DNA of 64,000 nt from an uncultured Acidimicrobiales bacterium (GTDB lineage: Bacteria > Actinomycetota > Acidimicrobiia > Acidimicrobiales > SHLQ01). The translations under genes were made by a program, and so were the position numbers. The notes under the pieces were generated by a model. The model was not told the DNA's origin, searched no databases, and worked only from the letters and a program-made list of their open reading frames with translations. The stretch is from contig CALGZB010000170.1 of NCBI GenBank assembly GCA_937934655.1, positions 56,882 to 120,881 of the forward strand, read 5' to 3'. Below are positions 56,967 to 64,000 of the stretch, piece by piece; the first letter of the stretch is position 1, and each line of letters begins with the position of its first letter.

Positions 56967-58564
56967 ACCCGTCACCCCCCGACGGTTCGGCCAACCTCAC
57001 TGCTACCGGTGATGGTCGCGGCCAAGGGAACTTCGGCACGTCGCTGAAGTGGTCCTACATCATGGATGGCGGACGACAGATCAGCCTGATCGTCGTCTCG
57101 CTACTCATCGCTCGAATCGTCGGGCCGGAGAACTGGGGCATCATCGCCCTTGCCACCTTGGCCATCTTGATGATGGAACTCCTCCACCGGCACTCGCTTC
57201 AACCAGCGATCATCCAACGCGATGACATCAGCGACATCACTCTGAAAACGTCGTTCTGGATTTCGGTGGGCTTCGGCCTGCTTCTTGCCCTCCTCGTCGT
57301 CGTACTCAGCGGGCCGTATTCGCGGCTGATCGAAATCGACGACCCGGTCGAGTTCGCCGCCAAAACGTCAGAGCTTCGTAACGTACTCTTGGTACTCGCA
57401 GTCACCCTCCCGCTTCGCGGTACCACCTTGGTGAACGAAGCGCTTATGCAACGGGCGATGGATTTCAAGCGGCTCGCCACACCGACCAATGGCAGCACCA
57501 TCCTTGGCGGAATCGTCGGAGTAGCGATGGCCTTTGCCGGCTACGGCATCTGGGCCATGGTTGGACAGCAACTCATGCAGGTGGCGGCAACGACCGTCCT
57601 GGTGTTTCGGGTCGACCCCTGGCGTCCTGGACTGTCGTTCTCCGGCGAGAAGGCTCGCGAACTTTTAGGGTTCTCGTCCGGCTCAGCCGTCATGAGTCTC
57701 GGTAACGTGATCAACGAACGAGGGGCCGACATCTTGATCGGCGCCATGTTCGGGCCGCTAGCCGTTGGCCTCTACCGATTCGCCAGCCGATTCGTGACAA
57801 TGCTTTTGAACATCGCCACGAATGCTCTGGGCGCAATCAGCATTCCCGAACTCGCTCGGCATCAGCATGACCCCAAGGCGTTCAATGCTCGGGTCATCGA
57901 TCTCATGCGGGCTAGTACCGTCCTGACATTCCCGCTGCTGGCCATCTTGGCTATCAATGCCCAGAGCCTTATCGACATCATGGGCAACGAGTGGAACGAT
58001 GCAGTACTCCCCCTGCAGTTGCTCTGTGTTTGGGCCGCCGGACGCGCCATGCTCGGCTTCGTTACCCCAATGCTCGAAGCACTTGGGCGTCCACATGATG
58101 CCGCCAAACTCTCTTGGGTCGCCGCAGCAGTGAGCCTCACGGCGTTCTACATCGGTGGTCGACTTCTGGGCGACAGCGCAATCGGCACCCAGATCGCCGG
58201 AATTTCAGCGCTCCGCCTGATCGTCACCGTGATCCTCCTACTGCCGATGTACCTTGCAGTCGTTCGCCACGTCACCGGCGTCAAACCGGCGCAACTCGCC
58301 ACGGCAATTGGCCCTTCGGTCTTCTCGGCACTCGTGGTGATCTTCGTTGGCCTCGCCGCCACCTGGACCCTCGATGCCATCGGGGTGCACTTCCTTATCC
58401 GCATGCTCGTCGTCGGTGCACTCACCGGCGTCGCAGCGCTCGCTTCTCTCGCAGCGACCGAGCCGGCTATCCGCTCGAAGATCGAAACGGTCCGGTCAAA
58501 ACGCCCACCAGCAGCTCCCGAAGACACCCCTGAACCGGTGTCCGATGCCTCAGCTGCTGCCTAA
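56963..58564 (+). CDS. Wzx-type polysaccharide flippase (MOP superfamily)
   Basis: ORF track gives 56609-58564. GTG at 56963 forms a GTGA overlap with the wzy-like stop. N-terminus ...LKWSYIMDGGRQISLIVVSLLIARIVGPENWG. At least 12 TM segments. Confidence 0.8.
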   Translation: MNPSPPDGSANLTATGDGRGQGNFGTSLKWSYIMDGGRQISLIVVSLLIARIVGPENWGIIALATLAILMMELLHRHSLQPAIIQRDDISDITLKTSFWISVGFGLLLALLVVVLSGPYSRLIEIDDPVEFAAKTSELRNVLLVLAVTLPLRGTTLVNEALMQRAMDFKRLATPTNGSTILGGIVGVAMAFAGYGIWAMVGQQLMQVAATTVLVFRVDPWRPGLSFSGEKARELLGFSSGSAVMSLGNVINERGADILIGAMFGPLAVGLYRFASRFVTMLLNIATNALGAISIPELARHQHDPKAFNARVIDLMRASTVLTFPLLAILAINAQSLIDIMGNEWNDAVLPLQLLCVWAAGRAMLGFVTPMLEALGRPHDAAKLSWVAAAVSLTAFYIGGRLLGDSAIGTQIAGISALRLIVTVILLLPMYLAVVRHVTGVKPAQLATAIGPSVFSALVVIFVGLAATWTLDAIGVHFLIRMLVVGALTGVAALASLAATEPAIRSKIETVRSKRPPAAPEDTPEPVSDASAAA

Positions 58565-58603
58565 CTTCTCAAGCTCAAACACCTGAAGGTCGAATATCCC
58601 ACT

Positions 58604-59647
58604 ATGGACAAGCCAATCTTTGTTGTCGGACCATCCCGCTCGGGAACCGACATGATGCGCGAAATGCTCACCGGCCACAGCACGGTAAGTATCGCCCCAG
58701 AAACCCACTACTTCGATGACCTCCGCACCACCTTTGAGGCTCCGGCCACAAAGAAGCTGGTCGGCGCCGATCTTCGAACGGTGCAGAACTACTTTCTGGC
58801 CCAGACCCACCGTCCCTTCGGGCATGGCGGCGAAGCCGACAAAGGCTGGATGCACCGCGACGATCTCGAAGCACTCGCCGACAAGCTCGGCGGCACCGCT
58901 GATGCGTACTTCGAGGCCTATGTACAAATGGCTGCCAAAGACGACAGCGTCACCGTCTTCGGTGAAAAGACACCCCGCCACGTTTTCCGGATCGCCGACA
59001 TCCTCGAGCGTTACCCCGATGCCCGTATCGTCGGCATGATGCGCGACCCCCGTGCGGTCACCGCGTCCTACCGCGACTGGCAGAACCAGGGCGGCTTCGA
59101 TCTCGAAACCGACCCTGACCACGCCGTGATCCTCGAAGAAGAGATGCTGCGTGCGCGCCGCTCGTACCATCCGCTCATCCTCGCCACCCTTTGGCGCGGA
59201 CAAGCCGGCTCGATGCTTAGCGCCGCCAAAGAATTCGGCCCAGACCGGGTCTACATCCAGAAATATGAAGACCTCGTCGCCGACCCCGAACCCGAGGCCC
59301 GCAAGCTCTGCGAGTGGCTCGGCCTCAACTTCAGCAAAGACATGATGAATGTCGCTATGAGCAACAGTTCATTCTCAGGCTTCAACGACAGCCACGGCAT
59401 CTCCACCGAAGCGGTTGCTCGATGGAAAAAGCGCCTCGACGACACCGAGATCGCTCTGATCCAGTCGGTCGCCAAATCCAAGATGGTCGAAGCCGGCTAC
59501 CGACTCGAACCCGTCGAACCATCAGTCGGCGGACGGATCATGGGCTACGGGACTTTTCCTTTGGCTCTCGGCCGAAGCTTCGCTGCGAACAAAGATCGCG
59601 TCGGGAACCCGTTGAGCTACGTAGCTCAACGGATCAAAAACCTCTAG
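58604..59647 (+). CDS. cytoplasmic PAPS-dependent sulfotransferase family protein
   Basis: 347 aa. 5'-PSB loop FVVGPSRSGTDMM and the 3'-PB motif GMMRDPRAVTASY. Confidence 0.85.
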   Translation: MDKPIFVVGPSRSGTDMMREMLTGHSTVSIAPETHYFDDLRTTFEAPATKKLVGADLRTVQNYFLAQTHRPFGHGGEADKGWMHRDDLEALADKLGGTADAYFEAYVQMAAKDDSVTVFGEKTPRHVFRIADILERYPDARIVGMMRDPRAVTASYRDWQNQGGFDLETDPDHAVILEEEMLRARRSYHPLILATLWRGQAGSMLSAAKEFGPDRVYIQKYEDLVADPEPEARKLCEWLGLNFSKDMMNVAMSNSSFSGFNDSHGISTEAVARWKKRLDDTEIALIQSVAKSKMVEAGYRLEPVEPSVGGRIMGYGTFPLALGRSFAANKDRVGNPLSYVAQRIKNL

Positions 59648-60399
59648 CCCATGTCGTGAGGGCGCCCTTTGGTAAGGGTGATGATGAGCGTCCCAGACAA
59701 CGCATGGAGCCTTGTGGCGGCTATCGCCTTGCTATAGGCCACCGGCAGGCTTCGAAGCCGCTCGGGTAGGTACGGCTGGAAGACGCCCGGGTCATCGTGG
59801 AGCGCTATGTCGACTCCCGCAAAGCCGGCCTCGCCGGCACACTTGCGCACGCCCCAGACCGTGTTTCGTGTCGCCTCGACATGAAAATGGTAGTGGTCGA
59901 TCTCTTCGGGCCGGAGCCGTCGCAATACCGCATCGGTGAGGTCGAGTTTGGCGAGCACCTTTGACGCCAAACCAAACGGATGTAATCCATTTGGTGTTAT
60001 GAGGATGGCGGTTCCGTCGTCGGCCAAAACATCGTGGATCGCCCGAAGCAGCTTTGCCGGTTCGGGGTGGTGCTCCCAGACGTAGATCGCTGTGGCCAGA
60101 TCGAACGGCTCGGACTCCCCCGCAGCGACCGCCAGCCGGTGTTTCGCAGCGAACTCCTCGGCGGAGCCATGGACCTGCTCATCGACCCACTGGTTCTCGA
60201 AGATGTCTTCGTCGAGATCGACGCCGACATAGTGCGTGGCGAGCGACTCGAAGAAGGGCGAGTACTCGCTCGCACCAGGCCCAGCACCGATGTCGACGAC
60301 CCGAAAGTCAGAGGCGGCCGTTTCGATTGTGGCGCGCGCATGAGCCTGTTCGCCAAGCGCTCGAAGCGTGTCGTATTGATTGAGCGTTGTTTCCACCAA
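59644..60399 (-). CDS. class I SAM-dependent methyltransferase
   Basis: 251 aa. Motif I VVDIGAGPGAS and post-I VGVDLD. Its stop overlaps the sulfotransferase stop (shared CTAG). Confidence 0.8.
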   Translation of the reverse strand: MVETTLNQYDTLRALGEQAHARATIETAASDFRVVDIGAGPGASEYSPFFESLATHYVGVDLDEDIFENQWVDEQVHGSAEEFAAKHRLAVAAGESEPFDLATAIYVWEHHPEPAKLLRAIHDVLADDGTAILITPNGLHPFGLASKVLAKLDLTDAVLRRLRPEEIDHYHFHVEATRNTVWGVRKCAGEAGFAGVDIALHDDPGVFQPYLPERLRSLPVAYSKAIAATRLHALSGTLIITLTKGRPHDMG

Positions 60400-60426
60400 G
60401 ACGGAAGCTTAGGGCTCCGCAGCTGG

Positions 60427-61530
60427 TTACAGCGCGTCCGCCCGTGATTGGAGGTCCGCGCGACGCGCCGCCGCCTTGTCACCGAGTGGGATGCCGAGGG
60501 TTCCGAAGATCTCTTCGACCCGGTGTAAACCGTCGTGGCGTTCGAAACCAGCGCGAAGGTTCAGCTTGCGTGCTCGCTCACAGCGTGCAGTGTCGGCTTC
60601 GAGCTCTTCAAGGATCTCGCCGATGTCGGGGCAATCGAACGGGATCGCGATATGCGCGTCTTCCCAGTCGAACAACTTCTCAAACTCGGGAATCGTGGGC
60701 GGCTCGCCGAGCATGATGCAACCCGATGCGACGGCTTCAAAGAACTTGAAGCTCAGCTCATCTTGGTGGTTGGTTCGATCGGGGTTCGCGCCGACTCCCC
60801 GGTTGGTTATGACGAACTTGCTGGCCTTGTTGATCGAAGCCAGCACCTCGCGGTGTTCGCGAAAGTCATAGACATAGCCAGGCGTGAACGTATCGAAGTA
60901 GTACATCCGACCGGTCCGGTTGGTCCAGTCTCGCAACGCTCCATGGGTGATCGCCGAGCGGCGGCCAATGTTGTTGATATCGATCGGCCGGTCGACAGAC
61001 GCAGTAGTGGGGGTGCTGCTGTCAGGAGCAAAGCGGAGTGCATCGACACCAAACGGCAAGTACGACACCGGCACATCAAGACGTTCTTGAAGCGGCGCGA
61101 CGGTGCCGGCAGAGGCAAGAAAGACGTGGTCGAACTCGTTCAGGCGTTCAACGTGGCCTCGCCACCGGTCAAGGTCTGCGGCCCACATCTCTTCGATGAA
61201 GCACACCTTGTAGGCGAAATTCGATGAATCTCGGATGGCCGAAAGGGCTACAAGATCCGAAGGGAGTTGAAAGAGCGCAAACAGAAGATCGTGCTGGGCC
61301 GAAATCGTTGCGCAACCAAACGGGGCGTCGAGCTTTGACCCGAAAGAGAACCGCTTATTGAATCGGTTGACCAACGGTTCGGCCAGCGGAGTGAACCGGT
61401 TGTGGGTCGGCGACACGATCTGAGCGTTGGTGACCGACGCCAAAACGTCTTCGAATTCAAAGCCGCTGCACCTGGACACTTTAGGCCGCAGGCCGCGCTG
61501 GCTGAAAACAACCACCCGTGGATCAGTCAC
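60427..61530 (-). CDS. GT-B type glycosyltransferase, CgeB/DUF3880-like
   Basis: 367 aa. The C-terminal block SFKFFEAVASGCIMLGEPP is typical of Glyco_trans_1_2/CgeB-family proteins as I recall them. Confidence 0.65.
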   Translation of the reverse strand: MTDPRVVVFSQRGLRPKVSRCSGFEFEDVLASVTNAQIVSPTHNRFTPLAEPLVNRFNKRFSFGSKLDAPFGCATISAQHDLLFALFQLPSDLVALSAIRDSSNFAYKVCFIEEMWAADLDRWRGHVERLNEFDHVFLASAGTVAPLQERLDVPVSYLPFGVDALRFAPDSSTPTTASVDRPIDINNIGRRSAITHGALRDWTNRTGRMYYFDTFTPGYVYDFREHREVLASINKASKFVITNRGVGANPDRTNHQDELSFKFFEAVASGCIMLGEPPTIPEFEKLFDWEDAHIAIPFDCPDIGEILEELEADTARCERARKLNLRAGFERHDGLHRVEEIFGTLGIPLGDKAAARRADLQSRADAL

Positions 61531-61628
61531 ACTGAAAGAATCGGCCGAAAGGCCTACTTTCTTAGTGTTCCCTCGCGTTCATTGGTGGTACTCACCGATC
61601 GATGCGTCGATGCGCATCGGAAGGTCAT

Positions 61629-62783
61629 TTACGCCTCGTTGGCTGCGCTCGGCCCAGCTGACTGCTCGACGTCTCGCTGAACGGCTTTACGAGTCCTACC
61701 GCTGGGGTGAAAGATCGTAAACAACAGCAGGCCCAAGGCACCGATTCCGAGCGGCACGATGGCATCGCCTTCACCGGTGTAGGTCGGATACAAGACAAAG
61801 CCGGAAAGCAGTGCGGTCCAAAGCCACATAATGATGACGCTTCGCCGGTGGCCGTGACCCAGTTTGACCAGCCGGTGGTGCAGGTGACCCAGGTCGGCGG
61901 TGGCAACACCTTGCCCGCCGACAGCTCGGCGGATGATGGCGAAGAACACGTCGACGAAAGGCACCGCCAAGATGACCAACGGGATGAAAATTGGGGCGAA
62001 GAAGAAGTAGGACTGGCCGTAGAAGCCCGCGGAGGTGCGTCCACCAACCGACATCGTCGACGCTGCCATGAGCAGGCCGAGCAGCAAGGCTCCACCATCG
62101 CCCATGAAGATCTTTGCCGGGTGCACGTTATGCGGGAGGAAGCCGATGACGAGACCAAGGGTGATGATGGCGATCAGTGCACCGGGGTTTCCTGGGAAGA
62201 TGATCTCGGCATCGCCAAGGCGCAGCGAATACAGGAAGAAGGTTGCCGACGCGATTGCCACGATTCCGGCGGCAAGACCGTCGAGTCCATCGATGAGGTT
62301 GACCGCATTGGCCATACCAACCACCCAGAGAACCGTTAGCAGCGCCGACCAGTCCGATGACAGGGTGACGAGCTCGAAGAACGGCATCCGAAAGAACAAC
62401 AGGCTGACACCGGCGAACGACAAAATACTGGCAGCGACCACCATTCCAGCGATCTTGGCGGGCGCGGAGATATCGCGGAGGTCGTCGTAAACACCCACGC
62501 CAAAGATCCAAACGGCAGCGAACGCGACGCCGAGCAGTTCGGTGCCTGACGCAAAGACCGCTTCGAAGTCGCTCATCTGCGATGCGGTGAGCATGGCGGC
62601 GAGTAACCCAAACACCATCGCAACTCCGCCAAGGGTGGCGATGGGTTCGTCGTGAGACATGCGCTCATCGGGGGCAGCGACGTGCCCCCAACGCTCAGCG
62701 AAGTACTGGACCATTGGCGTCGTCACCAAAGTGACGATTGCAGCGACGGCAAGAATGATGCCGTAGGAAGCAATGGATGGCAC
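61629..62783 (-). CDS. wecA: undecaprenyl-phosphate GlcNAc-1-phosphate transferase (WecA/Rfe, MraY-like GT4)
   Basis: 384 aa. VYDDLRDI, NAVNLIDGLDGLA and HPAKIFMGDGGALLLG motifs. Confidence 0.9.
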   Translation of the reverse strand: MPSIASYGIILAVAAIVTLVTTPMVQYFAERWGHVAAPDERMSHDEPIATLGGVAMVFGLLAAMLTASQMSDFEAVFASGTELLGVAFAAVWIFGVGVYDDLRDISAPAKIAGMVVAASILSFAGVSLLFFRMPFFELVTLSSDWSALLTVLWVVGMANAVNLIDGLDGLAAGIVAIASATFFLYSLRLGDAEIIFPGNPGALIAIITLGLVIGFLPHNVHPAKIFMGDGGALLLGLLMAASTMSVGGRTSAGFYGQSYFFFAPIFIPLVILAVPFVDVFFAIIRRAVGGQGVATADLGHLHHRLVKLGHGHRRSVIIMWLWTALLSGFVLYPTYTGEGDAIVPLGIGALGLLLFTIFHPSGRTRKAVQRDVEQSAGPSAANEA

Positions 62784-62869
62784 GGGCTAGAAAGATTCCC
62801 GAACGTCGAAATAGGCGAGGCCCGCCAAGGTCTCAATCACCTGAGTACTCATAAATGCTCTATCGGTCA

Positions 62870-64000
62870 TTAGCTGTAGGGCGTGAACTTACTGCAAAGC
62901 GTAGCGACATCGGAGCGCACCTGGGTCAATACTGCTTCATCGTCGCGTCCGCGGAGCGCCCGAGTAATGAGTTCGCCGATCTCGGCCATCTCTGCTTCTT
63001 TCATGCCCTGGGTGGTGACAGCAGGGGTTCCGATGCGCACGCCGCTGGTAACAAACGGTGAACGTGGGTCATCGGGAATGGTGTTTTTGTTCAGCGTGAT
63101 TCCCGCACGGTCGAGCACTTCTTGCGCGATCTTGCCGGTGAGCTCTTCGTCGAACGGACGGAAATCGAGGAGCAGAAGGTGGTTGTCGGTTCCGCCGGAT
63201 ACGAGGCGGAAGCCGTTGGTTCCGAGCGACTCGGCCAAGGCTGCAGCGTTCTTGACGATCTGCTGGGCGTATTCGGCGAACTCGGGCTGCTGTGCCTCGC
63301 GAAACGCAACGGCCTTTGCGGCGATGATGTGCTCGAGCGGGCCGCCCTGAAGGCCCGGGAAGATGGCCTTGTCCATTTTGGGGCCGAGCTCTTCGGTCGA
63401 CAGGATGCAACCACCGCGGGGACCACGGAGGGTCTTGTGGGTGGTGAACGTGACGACATCGGCGAATGGCACCGGGTTGGGATGCACGCCACCTGCGATA
63501 AGCCCAGCGATGTGGGCGGCATCGAACATGAAGTAGGCGCCGACTTCATCGGCGATGGCCCGAATTGGTTCGGGGTCGATGATACGCGGGTAGGCGGTAG
63601 CGCCAGCGATGATGAGCTTTGGTTTGTGCTCGAGGGCTACCGAACGCATCTGTTCGTAGTCGATACGTTCGTCGCTGGCGGTGACTCCGTAGGAAACGAA
63701 GTTGTAGAGACGGCCGCTGAAGTTCACCGGTGAGCCGTGGGTGAGGTGACCACCGTGATCGAGGCTTAGGCCCATAACGGTGTCGCCGTGTTCGAGCAGA
63801 CCAAGGAACACCGCAGCGTTTGCGTTGGCGCCCGAGTGAGGTTGCACGTTTGCGCAATCGGCGCCGAAGAGTGCCTTGACTCGGTCGCGTGCGATGTCTT
63901 CGACCTGGTCAACAACAGCGTTTCCGCCGTAGTAGCGCTTGCCCGGGTACCCCTCGGAGTACTTGTTGGTGAGAACCGAGCCAGAGGCTTCCATGACGTC
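62870..64000 (-). CDS. glyA: serine hydroxymethyltransferase, C-terminal ~376 codons (N-terminus beyond the right edge)
   Basis: [17 protein letters not shown] and the PLP-lysine block [16 protein letters not shown]. The frame is open to position 64000. Confidence 0.96.
   Translation of the reverse strand, partial: DVMEASGSVLTNKYSEGYPGKRYYGGNAVVDQVEDIARDRVKALFGADCANVQPHSGANANAAVFLGLLEHGDTVMGLSLDHGGHLTHGSPVNFSGRLYNFVSYGVTASDERIDYEQMRSVALEHKPKLIIAGATAYPRIIDPEPIRAIADEVGAYFMFDAAHIAGLIAGGVHPNPVPFADVVTFTTHKTLRGPRGGCILSTEELGPKMDKAIFPGLQGGPLEHIIAAKAVAFREAQQPEFAEYAQQIVKNAAALAESLGTNGFRLVSGGTDNHLLLLDFRPFDEELTGKIAQEVLDRAGITLNKNTIPDDPRSPFVTSGVRIGTPAVTTQGMKEAEMAEIGELITRALRGRDDEAVLTQVRSDVATLCSKFTPYS

Overview
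High-GC chromosomal core segment with actinobacterial gene order. Markers are mihF, a PyrR-led pyr operon, and wecA/rfe next to the atp operon. Most genes are on the minus strand and tightly packed, with many 1-4 nt overlaps. Order: def (partial) | two RNA/SAM methyltransferases and a CDF transporter | priA-metK-coaBC-rpoZ-gmk-mihF | pyrR-pyrB-pyrC-carA-carB-pyrD-pyrF | aroB-M24 peptidase-efp-nusB | alaS-ruvX-mltG-aroE | rarA | glpX | PPK2/TauE | ilvY/ilvC-modF-like-GT2 | complete F1Fo atp operon | small glycan cluster | wecA-glyA (partial). I saw no rRNA, tRNA, CRISPR array, transposase, integrase or recognisable defence system. The unusual content sits at breaks in this conserved order. (1) A 931-bp gene-free island of nested inverted and direct repeats (2582-3512). 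(2) A prepilin peptidase translationally coupled to a DUF4388/PATAN protein with a long acidic DPFA/LPPPPA-repeat tail, placed inside the shikimate cluster and preceded by twin palindromes. (3) A three-gene operon: Zn-ribbon acidic protein, orphan C-terminal J-domain protein, alpha/beta hydrolase. (4) A sigma-region-2-like, membrane-anchored, Thr-rich protein. (5) An enterobacterial-type ilvY/ilvC (class II KARI) pair followed by a modF-like gene. (6) A Wzx/Wzy glycan island with a sulfotransferase and a methyltransferase between wecA and the atp operon, with CRP-like boxes in its 420-bp control region. All functions are inferred from motifs I recognise in the translations; no database search was run. 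Coordinates of non-ORF features were counted by hand and may be off by 1-2 nt. My count disagreed with the ORF track by 1 nt around 27.2-27.4 kb.
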